Below, piece by piece: positions 1-11,619 of a stretch of 64,000 nt of DNA (positions are counted from its first letter, which is position 1; each line of letters starts with the position of its first letter). The notes under the pieces are model-generated. The model saw only the letters and a list, made by a program, of their open reading frames with translations, searched no databases and was not told the origin of the DNA. The stretch comes from an uncultured Erysipelotrichaceae bacterium (GTDB lineage: Bacteria > Bacillota_I > Bacilli_A > Erysipelotrichales > Erysipelotrichaceae). The stretch spans positions 31,713-95,712 of the forward strand of contig CAMNFS010000001.1 in the NCBI GenBank assembly GCA_946537255.1. The letters are read 5' to 3'. The position numbers were made by a program, and so were the translations under genes.

Positions 1-570
1 CGTTGAATTCTCCTTTGTCATATTCAGATAGACCGGTGTATCAATCAGGCCGACAATCTGAAACTCGGTAATCTTCAGATCCTCCTTCAGATCATTTTCC
101 GGCCGGCTCAGGGTTACTTCCGCGCCGATCGGAAACCCCTGGATCACGTAGGTCCCGGCTTCCGCAAGCGCTTCATTCTCCTTTTCCGGCATTCTTCCTT
201 CCTTCAGAACGAACTGGTTGATGATGCGGTCCTTCCGATAGGAATGGACTCTCGTGATCCGGGTGGCTGTTCCATCAGATGCGTAGGCATCCGTAAATCT
301 GGAAGCCTCCGCAAGCTTCACACAGTCCATTTCATTGACTGCCCTTACATCTTCCTCATCAAATCCATAGTTGGAATAGATCGTGATATCCTTGAGGTTC
401 TGACGATCCATATAATCATTCACAGAGTCTGACATCATCCGTGATATGGAAGACACACCGACAAAAAAAGCCACTCCGATCGCAACAATTGCGGTCAGAG
501 AAAAGAAACGACTGGCAGTCGTCTTGATCAGCCGCAGAGTCAGTTTTAGAAGAGAGCGGTTTTTGAACAC
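1..570 (-). CDS. ABC transporter permease, FtsX/MacB-like (N-terminal part; 3' end runs off the window)
   Basis: The minus-strand frame is open from GTG at 570 to base 1. It is absent from the ORF track because it is open-ended. The translation VFKNRSLLKLTLRLIKTTASRFFSLTAIVAIGVAFFVGVSSISRMMSDSVNDYMD... has a basic N-terminus and one TM helix, then a soluble loop domain, as in FtsX-type permeases. Confidence 0.55.
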   Translation of the reverse strand, partial: MFKNRSLLKLTLRLIKTTASRFFSLTAIVAIGVAFFVGVSSISRMMSDSVNDYMDRQNLKDITIYSNYGFDEEDVRAVNEMDCVKLAEASRFTDAYASDGTATRITRVHSYRKDRIINQFVLKEGRMPEKENEALAEAGTYVIQGFPIGAEVTLSRPENDLKEDLKITEFQIVGLIDTPVYLNMTKENST

Positions 571-620
571 ATGGTCATTTTACATGATTCCGGGATATCA
601 TTGCATAATTCCTGCAGGGC

Positions 621-646
621 AAAAAGAAAAGCCGGCACAGCCGGCA
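621..646 (-). terminator. Rho-independent terminator downstream of rpsO
   Basis: The minus strand reads GCCGGCTGTGCCGGC (GC stem) followed by TTTTCTTTTT, 10 nt after the rpsO stop. Confidence 0.55.
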
Positions 647-655
647 GTTTCCGCT

Positions 656-922
656 TTACTTTCTGAGACCGAGTTTCTTGACAAGATCTCTGTAACGGTT
701 GACATCATTCTTCTTGAGGTACTCCAGCAGATTTCTTCTGCGTCCTACCATCTTGAGAAGACCGCGGTTGGAACTGTAATCCTTCTTGTTGGACTTCATA
801 TGGACCGTAAGACGGTTGATCTGCTCCGTGAGCATCGCAACCTGAACCTCAGCGGAACCGGTGTCGCCTTCCTTGCGGCCGAACTCCTTGATCAGCCGTT
901 CCTTTGTTTCCTTTTCAAGCAT
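656..922 (-). CDS. rpsO: 30S ribosomal protein S15
   Basis: 88 aa. [43 protein letters not shown]...[17 protein letters not shown] is near-canonical S15. SD AAGGAGA lies 8 nt upstream. Confidence 0.97.
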   Translation of the reverse strand: MLEKETKERLIKEFGRKEGDTGSAEVQVAMLTEQINRLTVHMKSNKKDYSSNRGLLKMVGRRRNLLEYLKKNDVNRYRDLVKKLGLRK

Positions 923-1043
923 TTTTCATTTCTCCTTTTCTTTCTGAGTCCTTTCCTGCCGAGAAGCCGTTGGAGCAGCGGTCAGCCCAGCACGAAAGCC
1001 TAATTACAATACCACATCCTGCCCGGACTTTACAAGCATTGTT

Positions 1044-1814
1044 TTACAGCAGTCCATAATGACGGAAACAGTCACTCACGCCTTCATCATCCACATCCGA
1101 ACACACGTATTCACTGTGTTTCAGAAGCTCTTCACTGCTGTTCTTCATCGCGCAGCCATGACCTGCATGCAGGATCATCTCCAGATCATTTCCGCCATCC
1201 CCCACTGCCAGCGTGTCCTTTTTTTCAATTCCATAATATGCGAGAAACTGATCCATCCCGGTCACCTTGGTTCCACCCTTTGGCGAGAGGTCAAAGAACG
1301 TATGATACCAGCGGGCACTGTGGCAGTCCGGCAGTTTTTTCATCAGTTCCTTCTCTCTTTCCGCGTCGGCGAATACCATGCACTGATAGACATTCTGATT
1401 CTCGATGCCGGTGATATCTCCCGCCGGAGCGTCATCATTTTTTGTGATCTCATGGATTTCATCCACCAGCGCGTTGCGGAAATTGAATATTCGATAATCC
1501 CTCAGCTGAAAACCGACCGGAACCGGATCCTTTCTGATTTCCTCGAGCAGGATCTGAAGGGATTCTTTCGAAATGGTGTTTTCATAAATCACCTTTTCGC
1601 CGGTAAAGCAGAACTGTCCGTTCAGCGTGATATAGCCGTCAAAGGGAAATCCGTTCAGAACGCCGAGTCCGTCCTTTCCTCTTCCGGTGGCAATGAACAG
1701 ACGGATCCCGTTCTTTTTCAGACGGGAAAGCGAATCAAAAACCGAATCCGCGATCCGGTGCGTCCGAAAGCTGATCAGCGTTCCGTCCATATCCAGAAAA
1801 ACCGCCCGGATCAC
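1044..1814 (-). CDS. Cof-type HAD-IIB family hydrolase
   Basis: HAD motif I FLDMDGTL is at the N-terminus and motif IV GDGGNDLEM is near the C-terminus. Length is 256 aa. There is a 4-nt overlap with hemW. Confidence 0.85.
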   Translation of the reverse strand: MIRAVFLDMDGTLISFRTHRIADSVFDSLSRLKKNGIRLFIATGRGKDGLGVLNGFPFDGYITLNGQFCFTGEKVIYENTISKESLQILLEEIRKDPVPVGFQLRDYRIFNFRNALVDEIHEITKNDDAPAGDITGIENQNVYQCMVFADAEREKELMKKLPDCHSARWYHTFFDLSPKGGTKVTGMDQFLAYYGIEKKDTLAVGDGGNDLEMILHAGHGCAMKNSSEELLKHSEYVCSDVDDEGVSDCFRHYGLL

Positions 1815-2929
1815 AGGTCTGCCTCCTCAAGGATTTCTTCCAGAAGATTATTCATGATCATATATCCTTTCCCGGTACAGAAAACCCGTTCTTCATTCCA
1901 GTCCATCAGTCCTTCCTTCCGGAAGCGTTCCATGCAGGAAGGATATACGGAAACCGGATCCTGATCAAACCGTTCAAGAAACAGCCGGCGGTCCAGTCCC
2001 TCCACAAGCCGCAGTCCCATCATCAATGATTCAAACATCTGTTCCCTTTCAGAAAGGTTCACATCTTTGTGGTAGAGCGGGTCCTGAAGATATCCCTTCA
2101 GGGTTTCTGAGTGCGTGTAGCGGATTCCCTGTTCCATTCCCCAGGCACCATAGCCGATTCCGGCAAAGTCATGGTAGTTCCATACATTGCAGTTATGCAG
2201 GGAAGAATGGCCTTCTCTTTCAAAGCTGGACACCTCATACTGACGGTATCCGCACTGCCTGAGACGTTCCGCGATCCATTCATACATGTCCGCTTCCGTA
2301 TCCTCATCACACGGTTTCAGTCCCTTTTTTCCAAAGACGCTGTTCTCTTCAATTGTCAGAGAGTACAGGGAAAGATGTGTCGGACCATAGGATACTGCCG
2401 TTTCAACCGCCTCCTGAAGTTCCGAAGAAGTCTGGGAAGGAAGAGAATACATCAGATCCAGTGAGATATTGGTAATCCCCGCCTGATGAAAAGAGGCAAA
2501 CAGGCGTTCCATATCCTTTTCCGTATGGTGTCGGTTCATCAGCTTCAGCAATCGCTTTGAGCTGCTTTGAAAGCCGGCGCTGATCCGGTTGACAGAATGT
2601 CGTGCCAGTCTTTCCGCGAGACCCTCACGCACTGTTTCCGGATTGACTTCAGCCGTATATTCCTTTACCTCTTCCGCAAACGGATCGAGAAGCGAAAGCA
2701 GCGTTTCAAGCTGATCGTCATTCAAAGCCGACGGAGTGCCGCCGCCGATATAGATGGTTTCAGGATGAAACACCTCTCTTGCCTGCAGTTCTTTCTCTAC
2801 CGCCTTCAGCCAGGCATCCGCCGCTTCTGATCGATAGACATACCGTCGGAAATCACAGTACGCGCAGATCGTGCGGCAGAACGGCACATGCACATACAGA
2901 GAACGGGGTTTAGCGTCTGTCATTGTCAT
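1811..2929 (-). CDS. hemW: Radical SAM heme chaperone HemW (HemN-like, oxygen-independent coproporphyrinogen oxidase family)
   Basis: It has the CxxxCxxC cluster motif ([11 protein letters not shown]) and is 372 aa. It sits immediately downstream of lepA, the classical Firmicutes lepA-hemW pair. Confidence 0.9.
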   Translation of the reverse strand: MTMTDAKPRSLYVHVPFCRTICAYCDFRRYVYRSEAADAWLKAVEKELQAREVFHPETIYIGGGTPSALNDDQLETLLSLLDPFAEEVKEYTAEVNPETVREGLAERLARHSVNRISAGFQSSSKRLLKLMNRHHTEKDMERLFASFHQAGITNISLDLMYSLPSQTSSELQEAVETAVSYGPTHLSLYSLTIEENSVFGKKGLKPCDEDTEADMYEWIAERLRQCGYRQYEVSSFEREGHSSLHNCNVWNYHDFAGIGYGAWGMEQGIRYTHSETLKGYLQDPLYHKDVNLSEREQMFESLMMGLRLVEGLDRRLFLERFDQDPVSVYPSCMERFRKEGLMDWNEERVFCTGKGYMIMNNLLEEILEEADL

Positions 2930-4721
2930 CCATGGATAAAACCGACATGAAGGCTTCCTGCGGGATTACAACGGATCCTACCGCTTTCATCCGCTTCTTG
3001 CCTTCTTTCTGTTTTTCCAGAAGCTTGCGTTTTCTGGAAATATCACCGCCATAGCACTTGGCCAGGACATTTTTGCGGAGGGATTTGATATTCGTACGGG
3101 CAATGACCTTTCCGCCGATTGCCGCCTGAACCGGGATCTCAAACTGCTGACGGGGAATCAGTTCCTTGAGCCGGATGGTAATTCCGCTTCCCCGCTGATA
3201 GGCTTCCGAACGGTGAATGATGACGGAAAGAGCGTCAACCGTTTCCCCGTTGAGAAGAATGTCCATGCGGACAAGATCTTCCTGCCGATAACCGATCAGT
3301 TCATAGTCGAGACTCGCGTAGCCCTTGGAACAGCTCTTGAGCCGATCGAAAAAGTCATAGATGATTTCTGACAGCGGCATCTCATAGACAAGCATGTTTC
3401 TGCCGGAGTCAATCACATCCATTCCGGAATAGATCCCCCGCTTATTGGCACACAGTTCCATGACCGGGCCGATATAGGCATCTCCGACCATGATCTCCGC
3501 CTTGACATACGGTTCCTCAATATGATCGATTCTTGAGGCATCCGGCATCTTTGCCGGATTGTCAATTTCCAGCATGGTGCCATCCGTCAGATAGACATGA
3601 TAGATGACCGAAGGAGCCGTACAGATCAGATCAAGATCATATTCTCTCTCCAGCCGCTCCTGAATCACATCCATGTGGAGAAGACCAAGAAAACCGCATC
3701 GGAAACCAAAGCCAAGAGCCTGAGAGGTTTCAGGTTCATACTGCAGGGAGGCATCATTGAGCTTGAGCTTGTCGAGCGCTTCATGAAGATCCTCATACTT
3801 TGCGGCATCACTTGGATAGAGGCCGCAGTATACCATCGGATTCATTTTCCGATAACCGGCCAGCGGCTCGTCAGCCGGATTATCTGCGTAGGTAACGGTG
3901 TCACCGACCCTGACATCCTGGATGGACTTGATGGAAGCCGCGAACCAGCCGACATCCCCGCACTGCAGGGTTTTAAGAGGCACCTCCTTCGGATTGCGGA
4001 TTCCCGCTTCCGTGATTTCATATTCCGCACCGGTCGCCATGAAGCGGATGCGGTCTCCGACCGAAATACTGCCTTCCCGGATCCGTACCAGAGCGATGAC
4101 CCCTCGGTAACTGTCATAAAAACTGTCGAACACCAGTGCCTTCAGCGGCTTTTCCGCAGAGCCGGACGGAGCGGGAATCTTCCGTACGATCTGTTCCAGC
4201 ACTTCCTTGACATTCTGACCGGTGCGCGCGGAAATCAGCGGTGCTTCCGAACAGTCAAGACCGATGATGTTTTCTATCTCCTGCTTGACTTCCTCCGGCA
4301 TCGCGTTGGTCATATCCACCTTGTTGATGACGGGAATGATTTCAAGGTCATTATCAATCGCAAGATACGTATTCGCCAGGGTCTGTGCCTGAACCCCCTG
4401 GGTCGCATCAACGACCAGAACTGCGCCTTCACAGGCCGCAAGGGACCGCGAAACTTCATAGGTAAAATCCACGTGACCCGGGGTATCGATCAGATTGAAC
4501 AGATACTCTTCCCCGTCATCCGCCTTATATTTGAGCTGAACCGCGTTCAGCTTGATTGTAATGCCGCGTTCCCGTTCCAGATCCATCTCATCCAGCAGCT
4601 GGGATTTCATGTCACGTTCACTGACGGTTTCCGTCATCTCAAGGATCCGGTCAGCCAGAGTGGACTTGCCATGATCAATATGCGCGATGATGCAGAAATT
4701 CCGAATATGATTCTGATCCAT
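2910..4721 (-). CDS. lepA: Translation elongation factor 4 (LepA)
   Basis: 603 aa. It has G1 [10 protein letters not shown]3 [12 protein letters not shown] and the LepA C-terminal domain (...[23 protein letters not shown]). Confidence 0.98.
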   Translation of the reverse strand: MDQNHIRNFCIIAHIDHGKSTLADRILEMTETVSERDMKSQLLDEMDLERERGITIKLNAVQLKYKADDGEEYLFNLIDTPGHVDFTYEVSRSLAACEGAVLVVDATQGVQAQTLANTYLAIDNDLEIIPVINKVDMTNAMPEEVKQEIENIIGLDCSEAPLISARTGQNVKEVLEQIVRKIPAPSGSAEKPLKALVFDSFYDSYRGVIALVRIREGSISVGDRIRFMATGAEYEITEAGIRNPKEVPLKTLQCGDVGWFAASIKSIQDVRVGDTVTYADNPADEPLAGYRKMNPMVYCGLYPSDAAKYEDLHEALDKLKLNDASLQYEPETSQALGFGFRCGFLGLLHMDVIQERLEREYDLDLICTAPSVIYHVYLTDGTMLEIDNPAKMPDASRIDHIEEPYVKAEIMVGDAYIGPVMELCANKRGIYSGMDVIDSGRNMLVYEMPLSEIIYDFFDRLKSCSKGYASLDYELIGYRQEDLVRMDILLNGETVDALSVIIHRSEAYQRGSGITIRLKELIPRQQFEIPVQAAIGGKVIARTNIKSLRKNVLAKCYGGDISRKRKLLEKQKEGKKRMKAVGSVVIPQEAFMSVLSMDDNDRR

Positions 4722-4732
4722 TTTGTTTCCTC

Positions 4733-5671
4733 TTATTCAAACTGCCTGCCGACAGTATTCCGGCCAGCGCCATTGAACCATGCCGAAGCAGCCATCCGCT
4801 GTTTCCCCTCCGGCTGTAATTCATATACCTGAAGCACCCCGCCATCTGCGGCAATCTCCAGTGCCCTGCCACTCAGACCCAGTACCGTACCGGGTTCTTT
4901 CTCACAGATGCCTTCCTTTTTCGCGATGCGGCAGAATTTGATGCGTTTTCCTTCCAACAGACCATAGGGCATCGGGTCCTCAATCAGACCGCGGGCATGA
5001 TTATAAAGCACCGTGAGGCTTTCTGACTGAAAGTGCAGCTGTTCCTCGTCTCTTTCAATATTCGGAGCCAGTACCGCAAGGGCATCATCCTGTGCTTCAC
5101 CGGGAAGCTTTCCTTCAAGATACATCGGCAGATACTCATGAATCAGCCGGCGCACATCCGGCTTCAGCTCCTCAAACAGCTGTGTTCCGGTCACATCCGG
5201 ACCGATCGCATGCGGAATTCTGGCATAGACCCTGCCGCTGTCCATCTTTTTTGCCATCTCCATAAGACATACCTCGGTAGAGGGATCCCCGTTCATGATC
5301 GCACGCTGCACCGGGGCACCGCCCCGGTATTTCGGAAGCGGACTTGGATGAATGTTCACACAGCCGTATTTCGGCGCCTTAAGAATCACTTCCGGAATCA
5401 GCTGCCCGTAGGCACAGGTCACGATAAGATCCGGGTGAAGATTCAATATGTCTGACGGTGAGTCTTTCAGCCTGACTGGCTGAAGGACAGGAATATCATG
5501 TGCTTCCGCGTATTCCTTGAGCTTTGTCTTCTGCAGCACACGCTTTCTGCCGACCTCTTTATCCGGCTGCGACACAGCCGCGATTACCTGCCAGTGATCC
5601 GCCAGAAGTGCCTCCAGCGCAGCGATGGAAAAAGCCGGAGTTCCGAAAAAAACAACTCTGCAATCGATCAT
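4733..5671 (-). CDS. fmt: Methionyl-tRNA formyltransferase
   Basis: 312 aa. It has the [11 protein letters not shown]-terminus and the [18 protein letters not shown] formyltransferase signature. Confidence 0.95.
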   Translation of the reverse strand: MIDCRVVFFGTPAFSIAALEALLADHWQVIAAVSQPDKEVGRKRVLQKTKLKEYAEAHDIPVLQPVRLKDSPSDILNLHPDLIVTCAYGQLIPEVILKAPKYGCVNIHPSPLPKYRGGAPVQRAIMNGDPSTEVCLMEMAKKMDSGRVYARIPHAIGPDVTGTQLFEELKPDVRRLIHEYLPMYLEGKLPGEAQDDALAVLAPNIERDEEQLHFQSESLTVLYNHARGLIEDPMPYGLLEGKRIKFCRIAKKEGICEKEPGTVLGLSGRALEIAADGGVLQVYELQPEGKQRMAASAWFNGAGRNTVGRQFE

Positions 5672-5709
5672 ACAGCCTCCTGCAACGCGACAATTATACC
5701 TGAAACTGA

Positions 5710-5738
5710 TTGCTTTTTAAAATATGCTTTGTTATAAT
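5710..5738 (+). promoter_or_regulatory. Sigma-A type promoter for rpsT
   Basis: TTGCTT (5710-5715), a 17-nt spacer, then an extended -10 TGtTATAAT (TATAAT at 5733-5738). Confidence 0.6.
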
Positions 5739-5769
5739 CCATATGTTTGAAATGAAAAGGAGGTTTCCC

Positions 5770-6036
5770 ATGGCTAATATCAAGTCTCAGAAGAAGCGTG
5801 CTCTGACCAATGTCAAAGCTCAGAGAAACAACATCGCCGCAAGAACTGAAGTCAAGAACGCGATCAAGAACGTTCTGAAAGCCGTAGATGCGAAGGATGC
5901 CGCTGCCGCAAAGGCCGCATTTGACAAAGCGAACTCCGCTCTGGACAAGGCTGTGTCCAACGGAATCAAAAAAGGCAACTACGCTGCCCGTCAGAAGTCC
6001 CGGCTTGCCAAGGCTGTCAATTCCATTCAGGCCTGA
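5770..6036 (+). CDS. rpsT: 30S ribosomal protein S20
   Basis: MANIKSQKKRALTNVKAQRNNIAARTEVKN... is canonical S20. SD AAAGGAGG lies 6-7 nt upstream of ATG 5770. The track ORF begins at an upstream TTG (5710), which I reject. Confidence 0.95.
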   Translation: MANIKSQKKRALTNVKAQRNNIAARTEVKNAIKNVLKAVDAKDAAAAKAAFDKANSALDKAVSNGIKKGNYAARQKSRLAKAVNSIQA

Positions 6037-6037
6037 T

Positions 6038-6066
6038 AATCCTGTGTATCCACGGGATTTTTTTTA
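6038..6066 (+). terminator. Rho-independent terminator after rpsT (lies between convergent rpsT and trmK)
   Basis: AATCCTGTG-tatc-CACGGGATT forms a 9-bp stem with one G.U pair, followed by a T8 run. Confidence 0.7.
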
Positions 6067-6717
6067 TTTCTGCAGAAGCCTCAGGGTCTCTTCGAGAATG
6101 GAAAGCTCCTCTTCCAGCTTTTCGTCCCGTCCCCGCAGGGAAAGAATCTTTCGTTCCTTTTCGATCTGCTTTGAAAGATGTGCCTTGAACGTATCGCGGT
6201 CCAGGATTGCCTCCAGCGGACCCCGGAGGACTTCGGCTTTGCTGTAGGGCGCGTGAAACGACGTATCAAAAACCACTGCCGTATAAAACTTCCTGTCGAA
6301 GATCGACAGTTCTTTTTTTATGGTGTAATGATGACTGGAAATCCATTCTCTCAGCAAAGGCACATCCGAGTTGATCTGTACAATGATATCCGTAAGCAAA
6401 GGAAGGCGTTCAAGTGCCGCGTCCAGAATATCCCGGGCAGTATAAAAGCCCATGCCCGCAATCACCGCAGCAGATGCGTCCATGGGTACATGTTCAAAAC
6501 CGTTGGAAAGTACGGCGGTGATCTGATCCTGGTATCCGGCGGAGGCGATATGTTCCTCTGCCTGTGATAAAGGCCCAGGTGCGACATCGCACGCATAGGC
6601 CTTTTTTACCGTATGATCCTTCACCGCAAGTACCGGCAGATACCCGTGATCCGTTCCGATATCCGCGAGGATACTGTTCTTCGGAATCAGGGTTCTGAGC
6701 GATTCCATGCGCTTCAT
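6064..6717 (-). CDS. trmK: tRNA (adenine22-N1)-methyltransferase TrmK
   Basis: It has the LADIGTDHGYLP SAM-binding motif and overall resembles Bacillus YqfN/TrmK. It lies just downstream of sigA, as in Bacillus. Confidence 0.85.
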   Translation of the reverse strand: MKRMESLRTLIPKNSILADIGTDHGYLPVLAVKDHTVKKAYACDVAPGPLSQAEEHIASAGYQDQITAVLSNGFEHVPMDASAAVIAGMGFYTARDILDAALERLPLLTDIIVQINSDVPLLREWISSHHYTIKKELSIFDRKFYTAVVFDTSFHAPYSKAEVLRGPLEAILDRDTFKAHLSKQIEKERKILSLRGRDEKLEEELSILEETLRLLQK

Positions 6718-6719
6718 GA

Positions 6720-8348
6720 TTATTTGTCGAAGAAATCCTTCAGGCGTTTGGAACGGGTCGGATGCTTGAGCTTGCGAAGCGCCTTGGCTTCAATCTGACG
6801 GATCCGCTCTCTTGTGACATTGAATTCCTTGCCGACTTCTTCGAGGGTTCTCGTCCTTCCGTCATACAGACCGAACCGCAGACGGAGTACCTTTTCCTCC
6901 CGCTCGGTAAGACCGGCGAGCACGTTGTTGATCTCATCCTTGAGCAGCTGGTTGTTTGCGTATTCATCCGGTGAAAGCGCGTCCTTGTCCTCAATGAAGT
7001 CTCCGAGATGCGAGTCATCCTCTTCACCGATCGGTGTCTCAAGGCTGACCGGTTCCAGAGCGATCTTCTGAATCTCACGCACCTTCTCCGGAGAAATGCC
7101 GTCCATCCGGGCACTGATCTCTTCTGCGGAAGGATCACGTCCCAGCTCCTGAACCAGCTGACGCTGAATTCTTGAAAGCTTGTTTATGGTTTCCACCATG
7201 TGGACCGGAATCCGGATGGTTCTGGCCTGATCCGCAATTGCGCGGGTAATCGCCTGACGGATCCACCAGGTCGCGTAAGTGGAAAACTTGAATCCCTTGG
7301 TATAATCAAACTTCTCAACCGCCTTGACAAGGCCCATGTTTCCTTCCTGAATCAGATCCAGAAACAGCATGCCGCGGCCGACATATTTCTTCGCAATACT
7401 GACGACAAGACGGAGGTTGGAAGAAATCAGGATGTTCTTGGCTTCCTCATCCCCTTCCTCAATCCGCTTGGCGATTGCCGGTTCATCTTCCGGCCTCAGA
7501 AGCGGAACCCGTCCGATTTCCTTGAGATACATCTTGACCGGATCATTCAGACTGACCGTACCGGTACGGTTGGAATAGGCGCTGGAGAGAATCTTGTTCA
7601 TCTTCGCAGGTGTTTCCACCTCGGATTCCTTCTCTTCGTCATCGTCATCCCGGCGGCGGTCTTCCTCGACCTCTTCCTCGTCATCGGAATCATCTTCTTC
7701 ATCACTGTCAAGAAGATCCATTTCCTCATCATCCAGCTCTTCGATATCCTCGTCCTCGGATACCGTGATCTTTTCGTCAGAGAACCAGTCCCAGAGGGCA
7801 TCCATGTCATCATCAGACATGTCCAGCCGCTCAAGCGCGGCCATGATATCCTTCTGGAAAATCGCTCCGTCGAGACGGAACACATTGCGGAAGTCCTCTT
7901 TCAGTTCCTCAAGCGACTTGAGTTCCTTCCTTCTTCCTTCATGACGGTAAATATCAATTTCCGTACGCTGGCGGATTTCACCATGGTATTCCGTTTCCTC
8001 AGTGAGAATCTGTACGTCTACTTTGGCCTGAACAAACCCAGCCGGTTCCGTTTCGTCCTGTGCCGCTTCTTCCATTTCCTCAGATGCTTCTTCGACTGCT
8101 TCCTCATTGTTTCCGTTTACCGGTTCCTCATATGGAGACTCCTCCTGCTGAGAGAGTTCCTCCATCTTTCTTACGAGGTTGCTGTCATCATGGCTGATAT
8201 CCTTGAATACAGAAAGAAGATCCTTCCTCTGACGGGTCGTGGAACGGATTGCCTCAAGGTAGCTGCGCGCGTTTCCTGTGTAAACCGGAGATGTTTCCTT
8301 GCTCTTTGTACTTCCTGGTGTTTCATTGTTTCTGGCTGGTTTCTTCAT
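6720..8348 (-). CDS. sigA: Primary RNA polymerase sigma factor SigA/RpoD, with long acidic N-terminal extension
   Basis: Regions 1.2-4 are conserved ([53 protein letters not shown]). SD GGAGGT lies 6 nt before ATG 8348. At 542 aa it is longer than the roughly 370 aa usual in Firmicutes. Confidence 0.95.
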   Translation of the reverse strand: MKKPARNNETPGSTKSKETSPVYTGNARSYLEAIRSTTRQRKDLLSVFKDISHDDSNLVRKMEELSQQEESPYEEPVNGNNEEAVEEASEEMEEAAQDETEPAGFVQAKVDVQILTEETEYHGEIRQRTEIDIYRHEGRRKELKSLEELKEDFRNVFRLDGAIFQKDIMAALERLDMSDDDMDALWDWFSDEKITVSEDEDIEELDDEEMDLLDSDEEDDSDDEEEVEEDRRRDDDDEEKESEVETPAKMNKILSSAYSNRTGTVSLNDPVKMYLKEIGRVPLLRPEDEPAIAKRIEEGDEEAKNILISSNLRLVVSIAKKYVGRGMLFLDLIQEGNMGLVKAVEKFDYTKGFKFSTYATWWIRQAITRAIADQARTIRIPVHMVETINKLSRIQRQLVQELGRDPSAEEISARMDGISPEKVREIQKIALEPVSLETPIGEEDDSHLGDFIEDKDALSPDEYANNQLLKDEINNVLAGLTEREEKVLRLRFGLYDGRTRTLEEVGKEFNVTRERIRQIEAKALRKLKHPTRSKRLKDFFDK

Positions 8349-10074
8349 TTATGTACCTCCGTAAATCATTCAGGCATTTCCTGTATTCTTCCATCATGAT
8401 CCGTTCCGATTCTATATTCATGGGCATCGCGAGCTGATCTCGGAATGTCTTCGCCTGTACGGACTTGATGGCGATATTCACCTTGCGGATTGCCCCGTCC
8501 AGTGCTTCCTCACTGTAGGGCATCCGGTAAATCCACATATCTGTCAGTTTTGAAATCAGGTTTTTTTCTTCCTGGGTGGATGCTCTGTCCATCAGGTCAG
8601 AGGGATCAATCACATCCCTGGTCCGATAGCTGTCTACAATCAGCATCGCAACCGCCCCTCTTGTGACATCCTGCAGAAAGCCAAGCTTTTCACTGAAGTG
8701 CTGACTGGCCTCCTTGTGTCCCAGCATCATCGCAAGAATCTGTTCCTCCGCGCTTTCCTCGCCCTGCGGCATATTCGCCTGGCGCCGTTCACGGGGGTAG
8801 AAGGTCTGACGCGGCACATAGTCGATATGAAAGCCGCTGATCCGGGAAAGCTCTTCCGTAAAATACCTGCGGTCCATCTCTTCGTCAAGCGTATCGATTT
8901 CTTCTTTTGCCCTGGCGACAAATTCCTTCCGCTCCATGTACGAATCAAAGTTCGTGCGGGCTTTCAGATACGCAAGCACAAATTCCATCCAGGTCAGTTC
9001 CTTCCTCACCATCTGCTTCAGGGCGTCTTCGCCCTGACTGCGGATCAGCTCATCCGGATCAAGCCCGGTAGGATTATCCACAATGGATACAACTGCCCCG
9101 TGCTTACGGGCAAGCCGGCCTGCCTTCATGGTCGCGTTCTGGCCCGGATTGTCTCCGTCGTAGCAGAAGATGATTCTCGGCGCAAGACTTTTCAGAAGTT
9201 CGATCTGTTTTTCCGTGCACGCGGTTCCCAATGTACATACCGCGTTGTCGATCCCGGCTCTTGCAAAGGCAATGACATCCGTTACCCCTTCGCACACGTA
9301 GATCTTGCCTTCTCTTCGGGCAGAGAGAGCTGCCCGATGGGCATTGTATACCACCTCACCCTTATGAAAGAGCGGTGTATCCGTGGTATTGACATATTTG
9401 CTCGGATTTTCCGGATCCAGTGTTCTTGCGGAAAAGCCGATGGGATTTCCCGATTTATCATGAATCGGAAATGTAATCCGGCTGGAAAACACATCACTGA
9501 TTCCCCCGGCGCCGGTCCGCGCCACATTGACAGTGACCATATCCGCGTCCGTGTATCCCTTTGCCCGCAGAAAGCGGGAAAGCCGGTTGTCACCGGGATT
9601 ATAGCCGATTTCAAACTTCTCCCGGATCGCATCGGTCAGCCCTCTGTTTTCCAGATACGTTCTGGCCTGGGAAGCTTCGTCGGAATTCATCTCATAGGAT
9701 GTAAACCGGATCGCATCGGTCAGAAGCCGGTGATAGCCCGCGGTTGTCTCATCCACTTTCGGCGCGGTTTCCGAGGCGTGAACCGAAAGCGGAAAGCCGA
9801 TCAGTCCGGCAACGGTTTCAACCGCTTCCGGAAAGGAAACATTCTCGTAGTTCTGAACAAAGGTGAATACATTCCCGCCGGCTCCGCATACAAAGCATTT
9901 GTAGATCTGAAGCTGCTCATTCAGATTGAGGGAAGGATCATGATCATCATGAAACGGGCAGACGGCTCTGTAATCCCTGCCCCGTTTCTGTACCGGAATA
10001 TACCGGCTGACAATGTCTGAGATGTCCGCCCGGCGGCGCACCTCATCAATTTCTTCCTGGGGAATTCTTGCCAT
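8323..10074 (-). CDS. dnaG: DNA primase
   Basis: It has a CHC2 zinc finger ([11 protein letters not shown]...CFVCG) and TOPRIM motifs (CEGVTDV, YDGDNPG). Length is 583 aa, in dnaG-sigA order. Confidence 0.95.
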   Translation of the reverse strand: MARIPQEEIDEVRRRADISDIVSRYIPVQKRGRDYRAVCPFHDDHDPSLNLNEQLQIYKCFVCGAGGNVFTFVQNYENVSFPEAVETVAGLIGFPLSVHASETAPKVDETTAGYHRLLTDAIRFTSYEMNSDEASQARTYLENRGLTDAIREKFEIGYNPGDNRLSRFLRAKGYTDADMVTVNVARTGAGGISDVFSSRITFPIHDKSGNPIGFSARTLDPENPSKYVNTTDTPLFHKGEVVYNAHRAALSARREGKIYVCEGVTDVIAFARAGIDNAVCTLGTACTEKQIELLKSLAPRIIFCYDGDNPGQNATMKAGRLARKHGAVVSIVDNPTGLDPDELIRSQGEDALKQMVRKELTWMEFVLAYLKARTNFDSYMERKEFVARAKEEIDTLDEEMDRRYFTEELSRISGFHIDYVPRQTFYPRERRQANMPQGEESAEEQILAMMLGHKEASQHFSEKLGFLQDVTRGAVAMLIVDSYRTRDVIDPSDLMDRASTQEEKNLISKLTDMWIYRMPYSEEALDGAIRKVNIAIKSVQAKTFRDQLAMPMNIESERIMMEEYRKCLNDLRRYINEETSQKQ

Positions 10075-10089
10075 GTATCACTTCTATTC

Positions 10090-11478
10090 TCAGAAGCGCA
10101 CTGCCTCAGCAATCAGCGCTCTGACCTCTTCCTTGCTCTTGCGCTCCTGTTTCATGGAATCCCGGTAACGGATTGTCACCGATCCATCCTCCAGCGTCTG
10201 ATCATCGACCGTAATGCAGTACGGGGTTCCGATCTCGTCCTGACGGCGGTAGCGTTTGCCGATGGACCCGCTTTCATCGTATTCGGTTGCGAAGTCATAG
10301 GACAGTTCCTTCCGAAGATTCAGTGCCGCTTCCGCATGACGCTTTTTAACCAGCGGCAGCACGGCAACGGTAACCGGTGCGAGAACCGGAGAGAAATGCA
10401 TTACGACGCGGGTATCCGTGGTGCCGTCTTCCTTGACAAGGGTTTCCTCATCATAGGCATCCGTGAAGAACATGAAGAACAGTCTTTCCACACCCACTGC
10501 CGGTTCTACGACATAGGGAATATATTTTTCGTTGGTTACCGGGTCAAGATAGCTCATATCCTTTCCGGATGTATTCTGATGCTGGGTCAGGTCATAATCG
10601 GTACGGTCCGCAATGCCCCAGAGTTCGCCCCATCCCCATGGGAATTTATACTCAATATCCGTAGTGCCTTTGGAATAGAAGGACAGTTCTTCCTTGGTAT
10701 GATCACGGAAACGGAGATTCTCAGGATTTCCGCCGAGAGAAAGAATCCAGTCCATGCAGAATTTACGCCAGTACGGGAACCACTCATCATCTGTCCCGGG
10801 GCGGCAGAAGAATTCCATTTCCATCTGCTCAAACTCACGGGTACGGAAGATGAAGTTGCCCGGTGTGATCTCATTGCGGAAGCTCTTGCCGATCTGACCG
10901 ATTCCAAACGGAAGCTTCTTACGGTAGGCACGGGCGACATTCTTGAAATCAACGAACATGCCCTGAGCAGTCTCCGGTCTCAGATAGATTGTCGACTTTC
11001 CGTCTTCGGTTGTCCCCTGGAAGGTCTTGAACATCAGATTGAACTGACGGATCGGAGTGAAGTCATGACTTCCGCAGTCCGGGCAGGCAATCCCGTTGTC
11101 ACGGATATAGGCTTCCATCTGTTCATTGGACCATCCCTCGCATGTCACCTTTCCTTCGGTCGCCTTTTCAATCAGCTGATCGGCGCGATGACGGGTCTTG
11201 CAGTTGCGGCAGTCCATCAGCGGATCGGAAAATCCCTTCAGATGACCGCTTGCTTCCCAGACTTTCGGGTTCATCAGAATCGCCGCCTGTATTTCTACGT
11301 TGTTGGGATCCTCCTGAATGAATTTCTTCTGCCAGGCACGTTTGATATGGTCTTTTAAAAGAACACCGTAAGGCCCGAAATCCCATGTATTGCTCAGGCC
11401 GCCATAGATTTCAGAACCCTGAAAAACAAAGCCGGTATTCTTGGCATGTGATACAATTTTGTCAAAGGTCTTTTCCAT
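10090..11478 (-). CDS. glyQS: Glycine--tRNA ligase (homodimeric GlyQS type)
   Basis: [38 protein letters not shown]... is a typical class II GlyRS. The track ORF extends to ATG 11505; I prefer ATG 11478 by homolog N-termini, but neither start has a well-spaced SD. Confidence 0.93.
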   Translation of the reverse strand: MEKTFDKIVSHAKNTGFVFQGSEIYGGLSNTWDFGPYGVLLKDHIKRAWQKKFIQEDPNNVEIQAAILMNPKVWEASGHLKGFSDPLMDCRNCKTRHRADQLIEKATEGKVTCEGWSNEQMEAYIRDNGIACPDCGSHDFTPIRQFNLMFKTFQGTTEDGKSTIYLRPETAQGMFVDFKNVARAYRKKLPFGIGQIGKSFRNEITPGNFIFRTREFEQMEMEFFCRPGTDDEWFPYWRKFCMDWILSLGGNPENLRFRDHTKEELSFYSKGTTDIEYKFPWGWGELWGIADRTDYDLTQHQNTSGKDMSYLDPVTNEKYIPYVVEPAVGVERLFFMFFTDAYDEETLVKEDGTTDTRVVMHFSPVLAPVTVAVLPLVKKRHAEAALNLRKELSYDFATEYDESGSIGKRYRRQDEIGTPYCITVDDQTLEDGSVTIRYRDSMKQERKSKEEVRALIAEAVRF

Positions 11479-11522
11479 AAAAGTGCGTAATATTCCCTTC
11501 CCCATTTATATACAGTATTGGA

Positions 11523-11551
11523 AGTATAGCACTTTTAAACCCTTCATTCAA
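11523..11551 (-). promoter_or_regulatory. Sigma-A type promoter for glyQS
   Basis: The minus strand reads TTGAAT, a 17-nt spacer, then TATACT. Confidence 0.5.
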
Positions 11552-11552
11552 T

Positions 11553-11601
11553 GCAAAAAAAACCGGTTTTCCACTCCCCGGATCCGCTGTGTGACCGGTT
11601 G
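11553..11601 (-). terminator. Terminator after the histidine-phosphatase gene (hairpin flanked by T-runs on both strands)
   Basis: The minus strand has AACCGGT...ACCGGTT arms with an inner CGGATCCG palindrome, followed by T8. Confidence 0.5.
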
Positions 11602-11619
11602 TTTTTTCTGCTGCAGCGC

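Noticed and set aside
446-1003. 185-aa plus-strand ORF spanning the permease start, rpsO and its leader.
   Set aside because: It is antisense to rpsO and to the FtsX-like permease gene, and its translation has no recognisable features.
11479-11619. Expected a glycine T-box leader upstream of glyQS.
   Set aside because: Only about 115 nt separate glyQS from the upstream gene. That space is taken up by a terminator hairpin and a promoter. I saw no specifier loop or T-box (AGGGUGGUACCGCG-like) sequence.
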